From contig OZ024743.1 of NCBI GenBank assembly GCA_964016885.1, positions 258,106,001-258,170,000 on the forward strand: 64,000 nt of DNA, given 5' to 3'. The notes under the pieces were generated by a model. That model searched no databases. It saw nothing but the letters and a program-made list of their open reading frames with translations, and had not been told where the DNA came from. Positions 41,768 through 54,682 of this stretch are shown one piece after another (within the stretch, counting starts at the first letter, position 1; each line of letters starts with the position of its first letter). Source of the DNA: Eledone cirrhosa (taxonomy: Eukaryota). A program made the translations under genes and the position numbers.

Positions 41768-44700
41768 ATATATATATATAGGTGCGTGTATACATACATA
41801 CATACATACATACATACATGCATACATACATACATACATACATACATACATACATACATACATACATACATACATACATACATAAAGAAACATAAACAGA
41901 AGAATAAATATGAAAATGTTAAACATCCACTAATATTGACACACATTAATTTCTCCAACCATGACCATCACGACAGTTTTTCAGAGAGAATATTCCTCAG
42001 AAAACTCTGCCATTGGCCTATTTGAGTTATCTCACTTAGCTCAGTTTTTATAATTATATAACTCTTACTGGTCAAAATTATTTTTATAAAGAATAAGGGA
42101 GTTCCTGTTTTCTTTATCTTTTTCCTCCCATGGTTATTATATGTGTAACTAACGAGATGTTAAATGGTTCAGTGCAATTGGTATGTTGTGTTGCTGTGTA
42201 CTAGTTGGTGCATTGTGTAAGTAAATAATAAGAGTGACTTTACACACCAGAAAAATATGTGAAAGTATACTTAATGATTGCTACCCCAATGATACAGGCC
42301 TTGATGGTGTGGGTGAATGTTCTCTGGCTTGCAGAAACACAGGTGCAAGCCACCTTGAGATCCCAGTGGACAAAATGGAGAAAGCATTGCCCCAGAGTAT
42401 AGCGAGAAAGACATTGAAATATAGCCATTCCAACATGCAGAGCTTACTCTTGTGTGCGCCCAATCCTGCCCTGATACCAGTGAATAAGGAGGTAGTTTGG
42501 TGACCAAGAATGCCAGAAGTCTCCACCTCCACAGGTTCTCTTTATAAAACAAAATGGGATCAAATTATTTTTCTGCATGTAAATATTTCTCTCATTGAGA
42601 TTTCTAATGAAAGACATTGCCTACAATATTCTAATCATTTTTGGAGTGATTTCTCATTATTGAGCTAGTGTTTGGAACATAACTTAGCAAAGGCTATTAC
42701 GTAAAATTATGATACTAGGTTTTCAGATAAATATGAATATTTTAAAATGTACTATTTTGAATTTTAGAACCAGGGGCAATTTCAGGTAGTTTGATATTAA
42801 AGAGTTAAATTAAACATTCCTTCATAATTTTACATAACACCTTTTTGTTATGTTACAAATACTATCGTAATAATGAAATACTAATTTTAGTAAATCTCTC
42901 CAAATTCTTCATTAATTAATATACAGTACATTTCATTAGAAATATTATCATAAAAGGGTAAAGAATAATGTATTTGAAATGACTTTAATGTAAGTTGACA
43001 CTAACCTTAAAATATCTCCATTGCTGTATTACTTCAGAGCAGCAACAGCAATCATCAAAATTTATTTTATGGGAAAATAATTTGAATCAATGTATTTTAA
43101 TTTCCTACATATGTTATTACGTATGTTTTGCTTTCAGCTTTACATTGAACTCAATTAAAGTAATGAATATTTACTGTACAACTGGGTGTGATTTACAATT
43201 TACAATTAAAACTAGTTTTACAGTAATTACCTTTACTGTTGTATTTTCTACAACTTAAAACTTGGAAGAGATAGCTCTTTGGCAATAAGATGTTATATTA
43301 TAGAATATCTGTAGGGAATATTAGTGATAAGTCAGTATGAGCAGCAGTGATATCATATTGATAGAAGAGAATTATCAGAGGGTCATGCTGGAAGTATGAT
43401 GAACAACAATGTCATATGAGTAGAAGGGGATTAGGTAGGGCTTTGTTCTTCTTTGGGTAGCATAGTGTATAGATATGTCTGTGGATGAACACTACAGAAA
43501 CCCAAGAATTTCTGATCAGTATTTGGGTAAGTAGAGTTTTACAGATTTATGCCTCTAAATAAAAGTGATGATCAGGGCAAGACTAGCAATGTAAGCAAAT
43601 TTACATTTCCCACTTCCAACAAGCTAAGAAACTTTAGTTGTAAGAATATAATATTGTACCTGAGACTGCATGAATGTAAAGTAATTGCCAAAGCATTAGA
43701 CTAACCCTTTTGGTACCAAACTACCTGGAACCTCTCCTGGTTCTATGATTCAAAATTGCTTATTTTAAAATGTTTATATTTATTTAATGGTGAACTGACA
43801 GAGTTGTTAAAACATCAGATAAGAATGCTTTAGGACATTCTTTTAGGCTCTCTGTGTTCTCACAGAGATTGAAAGAAGTACCCTCATTCACTCTCTCTTT
43901 CTCAGGAATTGGCTGCATTCAGGCAGGAAGAAGGGATGGGCTCCCCTGGGTTTTGAATGCACAAGAAATGCTGTATGTCATGACAGCATCCATATGACTC
44001 CACCGATAGTTATGGGTCCATACAAGACATTTATCTAAAGATCGTTGTCACCATCAGAAATAGGGGTTTGTTGGGTTATCAAAAAATGCAGCTTGCAGTA
44101 ACTTGGCCATATCTGTGTCCATTATCACCATCAGTTTACCTCCATTTTTTATGCTGCCATAGGTTAAACAGTTTGTCACATTCTGTGACTAGAAAAGTCA
44201 GAGGACCCCTTTACAGCATGAACTGGGTGCATTTTATTGTGTCACTAGCATTATGGCTTTTGATTTATCATAGCACACCTGCACAACCACTATACAGAGT
44301 GTACTGGACGTATTCTATTTGACACCAGCACTACCACTTTACATAGTGTACGAGGCATATTTTATTGTGGCACCAGCACTACAACTTTACAAGTGTATTG
44401 GTGCTTTTTAACATGGCACCTGCATAACCACTATACAAAGAGTACTGGACATATTCTATCATGACACCAGCATTACCACTTTACAGTGTATACAGGTTGC
44501 CAATTAAGACACAAAGTAGCAATTTGGGGACAGGGAAAATGTAGTTATATTGGCCCCAGTACTTGACTGCTACTTATTTTATCGATCCCAGAAGAAGGAA
44601 ATACAAAGTTGATTTTAGCAGTCTTTGAATTTAACATGTAATGAGTTACAACAAATGTATTGTGTGTGTGTATGTGCATATATATCTACATTGAGTATAT

Positions 44701-45553
44701 ATATGTTGTAATATTTTGTACCAAATCAAAGGTTTTTATTCAATCTAAGAATAATATAGAAAGAGTCAATAAGAGAAGAAATTAGCATGGGTTAACAATA
44801 CAACAAACAAGAACAGAACGAATACAACGAATAAGAATAGAAAGGAATCAAATCAAAGAGAAGAAAGTGATGCTATAAAACAAATCATATCATCACATTC
44901 TTTCCCTCTAGCGTTAATCGTTGTATCGCATTGATCTCACTACTAAGCGTCCTCGGTGTGTTCTTTGTTGTTGGGGTGTGTTATTCGAGGTTAAGAATGT
45001 GTCAGAAGATTCATCGTCGTCGAATTCAGCACTCTCTGTAGGATTGTTATCGGCGGTAGATGTCATACTTTCGTTCCCAACGGCCACAGGTGTAGATATT
45101 ACTGTTGGTTGAGTTAAATTGGCGCCTTTTGGGGAGTTATTATTCTGACACTCTGATGTTGTTGAATTTCCATTGTTTTGTGGTGATGCTGCTGGTGCGA
45201 GATTTGTAGTTGAGACTGTGTCTATTCTTCCATTATTAAATTGTACCTTGGCAAAGTAAGGTGAGATCATCTCGATGAGGTGAACGTTTTCTGTGAGATC
45301 ATCACTTTTATTCCTTATGTGACGTCGATGTAGTACGATTGTGTATTTAGAAACTCTGGTATTTCTGTGCCGTTGTTTGTCGATCTGGTGATTGAAAATA
45401 CTCTTTCATGTGGTGTCGCGTTTGTAGCAGTGCAAAGCAATCCTCGGATAGACGACAGAGTGATTGGAATCATGTTACTCCATTCATTTTTATTGAGATT
45501 ATTTGTCTTCAATGCCAGACTTACCTCTTTGCATATTGTGCCGTTAACTCTTT

Positions 45554-47141
45554 TCTCGAAAATAGATCTAAAGGCGGCTTATCACCAAATACCCATTAAA
45601 TCTTTCGACTTTAAGTTGACTGCATTTGAAGCCTGTGGCCGACTATACGAATTTACCCGTCTTCCGTTTGGATGCACAAATGCCGTTCCAATTTTCCAAC
45701 GAATAATGGACACTTTCATAGACAATTACAACTTACAAAATACCTACTCATACCTTGACGACATTATTATAGGAAGAGACACAGTCGAAGAACATAACCA
45801 TAACCTAAAGCAATTCATGAATGCAGCTAACAATGCAGGTATGCAATTGAATCGAGACAAATGCAGCTTTAATCAAAATAGAATATATTTCCTTGGACAT
45901 GTCATAGAAAAAGGTAAATTAAGACCGGACCCTGAAAGGTATAAAGCCCTTATTGACATGCCGTTCCCAAAGATGTTAAAAGAGTTGAACCGGGTAATTG
46001 GTCTTTTTGCATACTATGCTAAATGGATTAAGGGCTCTTCTAACCTCTCAGTCGTTCTTACAAAGGCAAGAACCACCATTGATAAACAAGGTCTATCAAA
46101 CGAAGAAAAATCTACTATTAATAAGATGAAGGAAGAACTCATAAAGGCATCACTGTGTTCACCCGATTTCACTGCACCATTTATAATCGAAACTGACGCA
46201 TCAGATATTGCCATTGGCGGAACTCTATCACAAAATGGTCGTCCAATTGCTTTTATTAGTAGAACCCTAAATAAGTCAGAAAGAGGACATTCTATCATCG
46301 AAAAGGAAGCTTGCGCAATTATAGAATGTTGTAGAAAATGGAGGCATATGATCAGCGCTTTTCCACATTGTAATATCATAACAGACCAATGATCGGTTGC
46401 ATTTGCGTTCAACAAAAAACACACTTCCAAGATTAGAAATGAGAAGGTAGCCCGCTGGCGACTGGAGTTAAGCGATCTTAACCTTACCTTCTCATATAGA
46501 CCTGGTTCATTAAACCAAGCCGCAGACGCCTTATCGTGCTGCTGCTCTACTAAGACGGAACACGAATTATACAATATTCACTCACGTCTATGTCATCCGG
46601 GGGTCACCAGACTTCTACATTATTGTAAATCAATGAACTTGGCATATCCTATTAATGAAATAAGAGAAGTTATCGCCAATTGTAAAATATGCCGTGAATT
46701 AAACCACAATTCTATAAACCACCCAAAGGAAAATTAATACATGCTACAAGAACCTGGGAAAGACTATCAATAGACTTTGTGGGTCCCATGGCTATCTCAA
46801 ACGGTTTTGGATTTATGTTAACTATAGTTGACGAGTACTCACGTTTTCCATTCGCCATTCCCTGTAAAGAGATAACAACGGTAATTAAACATCTATTGGA
46901 GATATTCTCTATATTTGGAAAACCCAGTTCGATTCATACAGATAGGGGACGTCAATTTGAATCACAAAAACTCAAAGATTTCTTATGGAGTAATAACATT
47001 ATTAAAAGCCACACCACGCCATATCGACATCAAGCCGACGGCCAATGCGAAAGAGTTAACGGCACAATATACAAAGCGATAAGTCTGGCATTGAAGACAA
47101 ATAATTTCAATGAAAATAAATGGAGTAACAGGATTCCAATC
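45554..47141 (+). pseudogene. Gypsy RT-RNase H-integrase segment, inverted relative to its element
   Basis: FSKIDLKAAYHQI, LPFG, YLDDII, ETDASD, IIEKEA, TDQ, HSRLCHPG, IDFVGP, VDEYSRF, HTDRGRQF, GQCERVNGT. Confidence 0.92.
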
Positions 47142-47648
47142 GCTCTGTTGAATTATTCCAGCTTTAAGCATTCTGTCGATTTCCGTTTTAATGAATTGCT
47201 GATCTTTATTGTATTTTCGAGGAGGTATAGATAATGGTTTTAATTTTGTAGTATCGATACCAGGCATTAAATCATATTCTTCACAATTCAGATTTTGCAT
47301 TGACATACATGTCGTGACTGCTCTCATGTCCCCTGCATATTTTATTGTTAAAGACTTATGCCTTTTAAGTATATCAAGACCCGTAACTACTGGAGCAATG
47401 AGTTTGTCAACCACCATTAGATCGATGTGGTATTCTCGGCCCTCCCATTCTAATGTTGTTTCAAACGTACCTCGTATTATGAGTTTACTGTTGTTGGCTA
47501 AAATTACACTCTTATTCTTAGTTTTCTTGAATTTACTTTGCCATTTTGACAAGAGGTTCATGTCAATCTTGTCTGAGCATGTGTCAAGTAAACCTTCTGT
47601 TTTATGTGAATTGACATAAATTGTTAAAAGGTTTGTATTATGATTCAC

Positions 47649-47830
47649 GAATTGGCAGTATCGGTAGAGGGTCGGATATGCTTTCCAGCATAGTTACGTC
47701 CCTTTACGATCTGAGTTCAAATCCCGCCGAGGTAAACTTTGCCTTTCATCCATACAGAGGTCGATAAAATAAAGTACCAGTAATGTACTGGGTAATTGCT
47801 GGCCTTGTGCCAAAAGTAGAAACAATTATG
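47649..47830 (+). mobile_element. Nin-domain-like SINE inserted in the gypsy gag-pro junction with 13-bp TSD
   Basis: TSD ATTATGATTCACG at 47637-47649 and 47825-47837. Confidence 0.85.
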
Positions 47831-48830
47831 ATTCACGGAAGCAAGTTTATAGCAGGCAGCAAGATTACTGCCATCATAGGCTTCATCGGGGCCCTCGTTA
47901 TTATTCAAGACTGCTGCGTGTTTTATCTTCTTTAGTACCATCTTATATTTAACGAAACATACTGTTGCCCAGTGGCCTTTCTTGTGGCAGAAATTGCAAG
48001 TTGAATTTTTGCAGGGTTCTCTGATTTTTGGTGATATGAACCACCACACCAGAAACATTTTGATGAAGAAGCAGCGAATACGGGTTGTGGCGGCGGTTGT
48101 ATTGTTGTTGTTGACAGATTTTGTGCGTCTTCTATTACCAGTTCTAATGTGAGAGCGATTTGGAATATTTTATCTAGATTTTCGCCAGGTTGATTCCAGA
48201 AGTCGTTGTTTTATGGTGGCGGATTGAACACCTGACACGAACGCATCACAAATCAACAATTGTCTATGTTGTTCCCCTGTTAGGGGTTTAGTGGGGGATT
48301 TCTATGCGACGGCTTTTAATTCAGTCATGTTGGCCTCCAATGATTGCCCTTCTTGTTGACGATGGTTGCGTAGTTTATGTCGGGTCATTATTGCTGAGCC
48401 TTTCTTTTGAAATTTATTATCAAGAATGGATAATGTTTCATCGAATGATGTTGCTTTTCAATGAGAGTATAAGCATTGGCACCGCAAAGAACCAGAAGGA
48501 CTGACAGCTTACTTTCGTCAGGAACAGACAAGTTTTCCAAATAGATCGCCAACATTCTCTTCCAGTAGGCATAATCGGATTCACTAGGATCATCCGGAAA
48601 AATTTTCTTGAATATTTTCGGATCCATGATTGAATAAAATTGTTGTATTATTTTGTACCAAATCAAAGATTTTTATTCAATCTAAGAATAATATAGAAAG
48701 AGTCAATAGAGAATAAATTAGCATGGGTTAACAATACAACAAACAAGAACAGAACGAATACAACGAATAAGAATAAAAAGGAATCAAATCAAAGAGAAGA
48801 AAGTGATGCTATAAAACAAATCATATCATC

Positions 48831-48890
<60 letters not shown>

Positions 48891-48893
<3 letters not shown>

Positions 48894-49115
48894 CGGCGAT
48901 GAATTAGTTTTGCGAGGTTTTTGATATGAAATCGTGTGTCGAAACAAATATTGTTATACTTGGGGAGGGTCATATTTGTGTAATATTTGTGTAATAAATT
49001 AGATTACCGATATAAAAGACACAGAAGCGAAAAGCGAAAACCAACCAAACAGTGAGTGTGTTCTGTTATTAATTCTGGCAATATTACACAAATGTGACCC
49101 TCCCCATGTATGACA

Positions 49116-49119
<4 letters not shown>
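48891..49119. mobile_element. PLE family A fold-back
   Basis: Arms 48948-48987/49080-49119. Extension 48891-48947 matches 18765-18802 in reverse. Confidence 0.8.
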
Positions 49120-49195
<76 letters not shown>

Positions 49196-49198
<3 letters not shown>

Positions 49199-49545
49199 GG
49201 AGGTGAGTTTTATTGTAGTACAATAAAGCAATGCAGATATCGGATAAGAAGCACTCTACAGTTTGTAGGACTGGAGTATACATAATATAAGATCAAAAGA
49301 TGGTTAAAGGAGTTCCATGTATTTTATTATGCGCATTTCAAAAACAAACATCATCATGCAATAATATTTGTGTTTTCATCAGAATATGTTGATTTAAAAC
49401 TGCACTATTCACAAGTGTTTTTTGGCCTTCATATCATGTTCTCCTGTTTTATCTGATGAAAACACAAATATTATTGCATGATGATGTTTGTTTTTGAAAT
49501 GCGCATAATAAAATACATGGAACTCCTTTAACCATCTTTTGATCT

Positions 49546-49553
<8 letters not shown>
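49196..49553. mobile_element. PLE family C fold-back with hammerheads
   Basis: Arms 49282-49383/49452-49553; extension 49196-49281. Confidence 0.85.
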
Positions 49554-49613
<60 letters not shown>

Positions 49614-50895
49614 CGAAGGAAATGTGGTAAGGGACCAGGTGGACCATAACGCACCAAAGTACTCAATACTTGAGGTAGTAGAGTGGGTAATAGGAACCAG
49701 TAAGACCCCGACAGCTGAGCTCAAGCCGTTTCGACGGATAATTCTGGACTAAATGAAAATTTATCCTGGTATTTAAATAGCCGATCTTCTCAAGGGGTAA
49801 TTCCATATATGGTCAAAGTGATTGTCAAAAATCAGTAGTAATTCTGTGGTTGCAAATTAGTAGGGGAGATGGTGGCTAAACCTGCCAGTAGGAGAAAGAG
49901 GGGAGGGGGTGGAGTAGACCCAATCAAGCGTTGGTAGTGCCAGCTACAGCTGGGCATGAGGTCAAAGAAGATACAGGGGAGGGGGAGGGAGAGGAAGTCG
50001 GAACGGTAGGTAGAACGATGGGGGGTAGAAATATATAGGAAAGAAAAAATACTGAGAGTGAAGAAAAGCAAATAAGTGTAAAGAAAAAAGTAAAGTAAAT
50101 TCTACGACCTAGGTCTCTAGCTATTGTTAGGCTAGAATAAATAAATAAAGAAAGAAAGAAAGAAGTAAAGAAAGAAATAAAGAAATAACGAAATAAGTAA
50201 AAGAACTAGGTGGGACGAAATAGGCAAGGACCCTTTTAAGAGGTATAAGTACGTAAATGATACAGTGACGGGTCAACAAAAGGGACCAAAATACTAAAGA
50301 GACTACCACGAAATAAACAATAAAGGTTTCCATCCCGGGCACAATGCCAGCAACCACCCAGTGCAGCAAAGTGAAATAGTACGAGATAATAATTCTGAGT
50401 CCCGAGAAAAATATATACTAATGCTAACTCTAAAAGATCTAAAACAAGCTACATGAAAGTTCGTACGAAGTAAAGGTAGAATACGGAAAAATAAATTCAG
50501 AATCCACCCCGCCCAAAAGAAAAGCGAAGAAAGAAATACTGAAACGAAAAAATAAGGCATAAGTGCCACTAAGAAATATAGAGGGCACAGAGAATAGTGG
50601 GAGCGGTCGGAAAAAGGGGACAAGTATCCGGGGTCTAAACCAACTGCTATAAAGGGCGGAGTCCGCCAAATCTATCATAGACTAGGGGAGGGGGTGGGGG
50701 TACTAAGGCTACAAGGGGCCAAAGGGCAGCCTCGGGTGGGCGAGAAAAGACGCCGACAAAGGAGAAGAGCTGGGGTAGAAGGACTTAGGAGAGAGGGGGG
50801 AAGGAAATAAAGGAAGCGATAAAAGAATACAAAGAAGATCTTACGTCTCCCTTGGCAAGCAGGGGTTACCCATTGCAAAATCGGCAAGTGGGGTG

Positions 50896-53064
50896 TTATA
50901 GCCCTAGTCTACCCCCCCCCCCCCCCGCCGGGTCATTATGGGGTTTGAGGGCGAGGTAAGTCCTACGCAATCTATGTTTACATGCAGTAACCAGTTCATC
51001 TTTCTTGTTTAGGAGTTGGTCCGTCGAAAACAGCATTTGTAAAGTTTCCTCCGAGCATAAATTGCACGGACGGCGTCCTCCCGTGTAAGAATTGGCTCTG
51101 GACAGTAATCTCCAAGTGAGATCATAGGTGATGTTGTTGTCCTTGAGGTCCCATATGTGGCCCGAAAGTGTAGTGGCGTGACGCCGGGCCGGGTTTCGGA
51201 AGGTATGTCTATGTTGGTATAGCCGGGTCTTGAAGTCACATGCGGTAAGTCCTATATAGGCTTTGTTGGAGGTATCCGTCCTCACGTTGCACTGGTAGAT
51301 CACATTACGGTCTCTGCATCTATTGTCGAGTGGGCAAATGGATCTATCCGGGCAGTTACACCTCCTGGTCGGTTCTCCACTGCTATTTAGGTTATTTCTG
51401 CCATCGGGGTTGAGTTTTTTGTTGTTAGAGGAGACGATGTTTTGTGCGAAGTTTGGTGTAGTGCTGTAAGAGAGTTTGATGGTGTTTTTGTTAATTATGT
51501 TGTGGTAGCGGTGTTGTAATGGGAAGTGTTTTTCAATGAGCCTAAAGAATAGTTTCCCGATGGGAGTTGTCACCTCTGCGTTGTGGGGAGGATTGAACCA
51601 TGTTACATTGCGTGAGCGGCGGTGTCTCCTGCTGGTTCCGCTAATGGGAGCTGGACAGTAGGATATTTCCTCCCGGAAACCACTCCGCTTGAGGGCCTGG
51701 TTGTAATAAGGCGCATGTTCATCGAATATCCGCTCATTAGCTGACAAACGGGATATGCGGAGGGAGATGTTTTTGACCAGGTTGTTTGTGATGTTCCTAG
51801 GATGGTTTGATCGGCGGTGGATGTAGTGCAGATTGTCATTAGGTTTCCTGTATGGGTAGTACAGGTCGTTTTCGAGGTCGAGGGTCACGTCCAGGAAGTT
51901 TACTCGGGTCAGGGACGTTTGTATGGTTATTTTAAATCCCCAGTCGCGGAAGAATCTGATTAATTGTTTCCGGACCCGATCTGTACTACTGGGGTTGTAC
52001 CCTTTAAGGGTAAGGAGCCCATCATCACGGTACAATCCATCACCGAATGCAGGAAACATATCAGTGAGTTTGGCTATTAGGAATAATCCTATAAGATCTG
52101 TGACCTCCGCCGAATCCGTGGCGCCCATGCTGACGTCGAAGGGTGAGTCGGGAGCTCTTTTTATCCATTTAGAGTCGTCAAAGAGTAAGACTGTCTTCCT
52201 GGCGTGGAGGATGATTTTTCTTTCCTGGTCGGTGATGGGCACAAGTGTTTCGGCGAAGTCCAAGGCGGCAGTAAGTAGCGGTAAGGTGATTGAAGCATAG
52301 TAGCTCTCTATGTCGAACTGTATGAATTTAGTTTCTCGTTTATCCTCCATATTGCTGAACCAGGAGATTACTTCCTGGGTGTTGATCCATAGGCTAAGTC
52401 GGGTGTGTTGATTGACTTTTGGTATCACGCGGTCTAGGATTTTTTTGCTGATTCTCCCTATGTCGGACTTCGTTGGGTTAAAATCGGATTTACGGTCAAA
52501 ATCGGATTTATGGTCCTTCAGTGTGAAGTATGGTGTCCGTGGGTCTAGAGGTTCCGTGCGGTCGGCGACCCCGAGGCTGGAGGTAATTTGTTGTCCATCT
52601 CGATTTATGTCCTCGATGCAAGAGTGGTTGGCCTTTTTATAGGTGGAGTTTAGGCTGCTCCTGATCAGTGTGTGGTATCTGTCAGGGTTGACAAAGTATA
52701 GGTTCCCAGTTTTATCCGAATGCACCATGATGTCATTTGTGTTATCATACTCTGTTAAGTTGCTACGGAGTTTTTGTAGGAATCGGTTGTGTCTGGGTTT
52801 AAATTTAATGTTCTTGACCAGTTGGAAGAGGTCATTCTCGAAGGGTGCGAGCAAGGGGTTCAGGGGCGGAGATTTGTAGGTAATAAATCCGAATCTCTCC
52901 TTGGTGCCGAAGTCTTGGTTGTCGCAATATCTGTCATAGAAAAAAGTTCTCCATCTAAGTCTTTTCGCAAATAGATCGATTTTTTGCGTGAGCATCCGAA
53001 GGTAAAGTTTTTTCGGTGGGATTGGGATGTTCTTGGTAGAGAAGTCAATGTTGTGTTTTCGCAT
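50896..53064 (-). CDS. PLE polyprotein: reverse transcriptase + C-terminal GIY-YIG endonuclease (722 aa from the first ATG)
   Basis: FSTKNIPIP, SDKTGN, TLKDHK, FDIESYYASI, MGA, GLYRDDGL, FLDVTLD, CNCPDRSIC linker, VIYQC..AYIGLT..FKTR, CNLC. Uninterrupted. Confidence 0.93.
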   Translation of the reverse strand: MRKHNIDFSTKNIPIPPKKLYLRMLTQKIDLFAKRLRWRTFFYDRYCDNQDFGTKERFGFITYKSPPLNPLLAPFENDLFQLVKNIKFKPRHNRFLQKLRSNLTEYDNTNDIMVHSDKTGNLYFVNPDRYHTLIRSSLNSTYKKANHSCIEDINRDGQQITSSLGVADRTEPLDPRTPYFTLKDHKSDFDRKSDFNPTKSDIGRISKKILDRVIPKVNQHTRLSLWINTQEVISWFSNMEDKRETKFIQFDIESYYASITLPLLTAALDFAETLVPITDQERKIILHARKTVLLFDDSKWIKRAPDSPFDVSMGATDSAEVTDLIGLFLIAKLTDMFPAFGDGLYRDDGLLTLKGYNPSSTDRVRKQLIRFFRDWGFKITIQTSLTRVNFLDVTLDLENDLYYPYRKPNDNLHYIHRRSNHPRNITNNLVKNISLRISRLSANERIFDEHAPYYNQALKRSGFREEISYCPAPISGTSRRHRRSRNVTWFNPPHNAEVTTPIGKLFFRLIEKHFPLQHRYHNIINKNTIKLSYSTTPNFAQNIVSSNNKKLNPDGRNNLNSSGEPTRRCNCPDRSICPLDNRCRDRNVIYQCNVRTDTSNKAYIGLTACDFKTRLYQHRHTFRNPARRHATTLSGHIWDLKDNNITYDLTWRLLSRANSYTGGRRPCNLCSEETLQMLFSTDQLLNKKDELVTACKHRLRRTYLALKPHNDPAGGGGGRLGL

Positions 53065-54682
53065 GGTGCGGGTGAAATGAATTGAGCTTAGCGGAAAAGT
53101 CTGGATACGGCGTGGTAGGGTCGGAAAGTGCTCTACTACGGGAGTAGGAGCTAGATAACGAAGGAAATGTGGTAAGGAACCAGGTGGACCATAACGCACC
53201 AAAGTACTCAATACTTGAGGTAGTAGAGTGGGTAATAGGAACCAGTAAGACCCCGACAGCTGAGCTCAAGCCGTTTCGACGGATAATTCTGGACTAAATG
53301 AAAATTTATCCTGGTATTTAAATAGCCGATCTTCTCAAGGGGTAATTCCATATATGGTCAAAGTGATTGTCAAAAATCAGTAGTAATTCTGTGGTTGCAA
53401 ATTAGTAGGGGAGATGGTGGCTAAACCTGCCAGTAGGAGAAAGAGGGGAGGGGGTGGAGTAGACCCAATCAAGCGTTGGTAGTGCCAGCTACAGCTGGGC
53501 ATGAGGTCTAAGAAGATACAGGGGAGGGGGAGGGGGAGGAAGTCGGAACGGTAGGTAGAACAATGGGGGGTAGAAATATATAGGAAACAAAAAATACTAA
53601 GAGTGAAGAAAAGCAAATAAGTGTAAAGAAAAAAGTAAAGTAAATTCTACGACCTAGGTCTCTAGCTATTGTTAGGCTAGAATAAATAAATAAAGAAAGA
53701 AAGAGAGAAGTAAAGAAAGAAATAAAGAAATAACGAAATAAGTAAAAGAACTAGGTGTGACGAAATAGGCAAGGACCCTTTTAAGAGGTATAAGTACGTA
53801 AATGATACAGTGACGGGTCAACAAAAGGGGCCAAAATACTAAAGAGACTACCACGAAATAAACAATAAAGGTTTCCATCCCGGGCACAATGCCAGCAACC
53901 ACCCAGTGTAGCAAAGTGAAATAGTACGAGATAATAATTCTGAGTCCCGAGAAAAATATATACTAATGCTAACTCTAAAAGATCTAAAACAAGCTACATG
54001 AAAGTTCGTACGAAGTAAAGGTAGAATACGGAAAAATAAATTCAGAATCCACCCCGCCCAAAAGAAAAGCGAAGAAAGAAATACTGAAACGAAAAAATAA
54101 GGCATAAGTGCCACTAAGAAATATAGAGGGCACAGAGAATAGTGGGAGCGGTCAGAAAAAGGGGACAAGTATCCGGGGTCTAAACCAACTGCTATAAAGG
54201 GCGGAGTCCGCCAAATCTATCATAGACTAGGGGAGGGGGTGGGGGTACTAAGGCTACAAGGGGCCAAAGGGCAGCCTCGGGTGGGCGAGAAAAGACGCCG
54301 ACAAAGGAGAAGAGCTGGCGTAGAAGGACTTAGGAGAGAGGGGGGAAGGAAATAAAGGAAGCGATAAAAGAATACAAAGAAGATCTTACGTCTCCCTTGG
54401 CAAGCAGGGGTTACCCATTGCAAAATCGGCAAGTGGGGTGTTATAGCCCTAGTCTACCCCCCCCCCCCCCCCCCCCCCCGGGTCATTATGGGGTTTGAGG
54501 GCGAGGTAAGTCCTACGCAATCTATGTTTACATGCAGTAACCAGTTCATCTTTCTTGTTTAGGAGTTGGTCCGTCGAAAACAGCATTTGTAAAGTTTCCT
54601 CCGAGCATAAATTGCACGGACGGCGTCCTCCCGTGTAAGAATTGGCTCTGGACAGTAATCTCCAAGTGAGATCATAGGTGAT

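Larger units (their letters stand above)
44704..48833 (-). mobile_element. Ty3/gypsy LTR retrotransposon, decayed, with internal inversion
   Basis: LTRs 44704-44897 and 48641-48833 (TG...CA, ~5 differences); PPT at 44898-44909; gag from ~48626 with CNFCHKKGHWATVC knuckle; protease LLDTC; inserted in TA. Confidence 0.93.

Noticed and set aside
42234-42552. Higher-GC island with several open frames; FVHWDLK resembles kinase HRDLK
   Set aside because: No other kinase motifs and stops nearby; a small exon cannot be excluded without RNA data.
49832-50887. Hydrophobic short ORFs repeated three times in the PLE terminal repeats
   Set aside because: Products of the pyrimidine-rich 3'UTR; one is frameshifted between near-identical copies.
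53065-53211. N-terminal 49-aa extension of the PLE ORF in the ORF track
   Set aside because: Begins at a non-ATG codon inside the terminal repeat; first ATG is at 53064. A spliced upstream start was not assessed.
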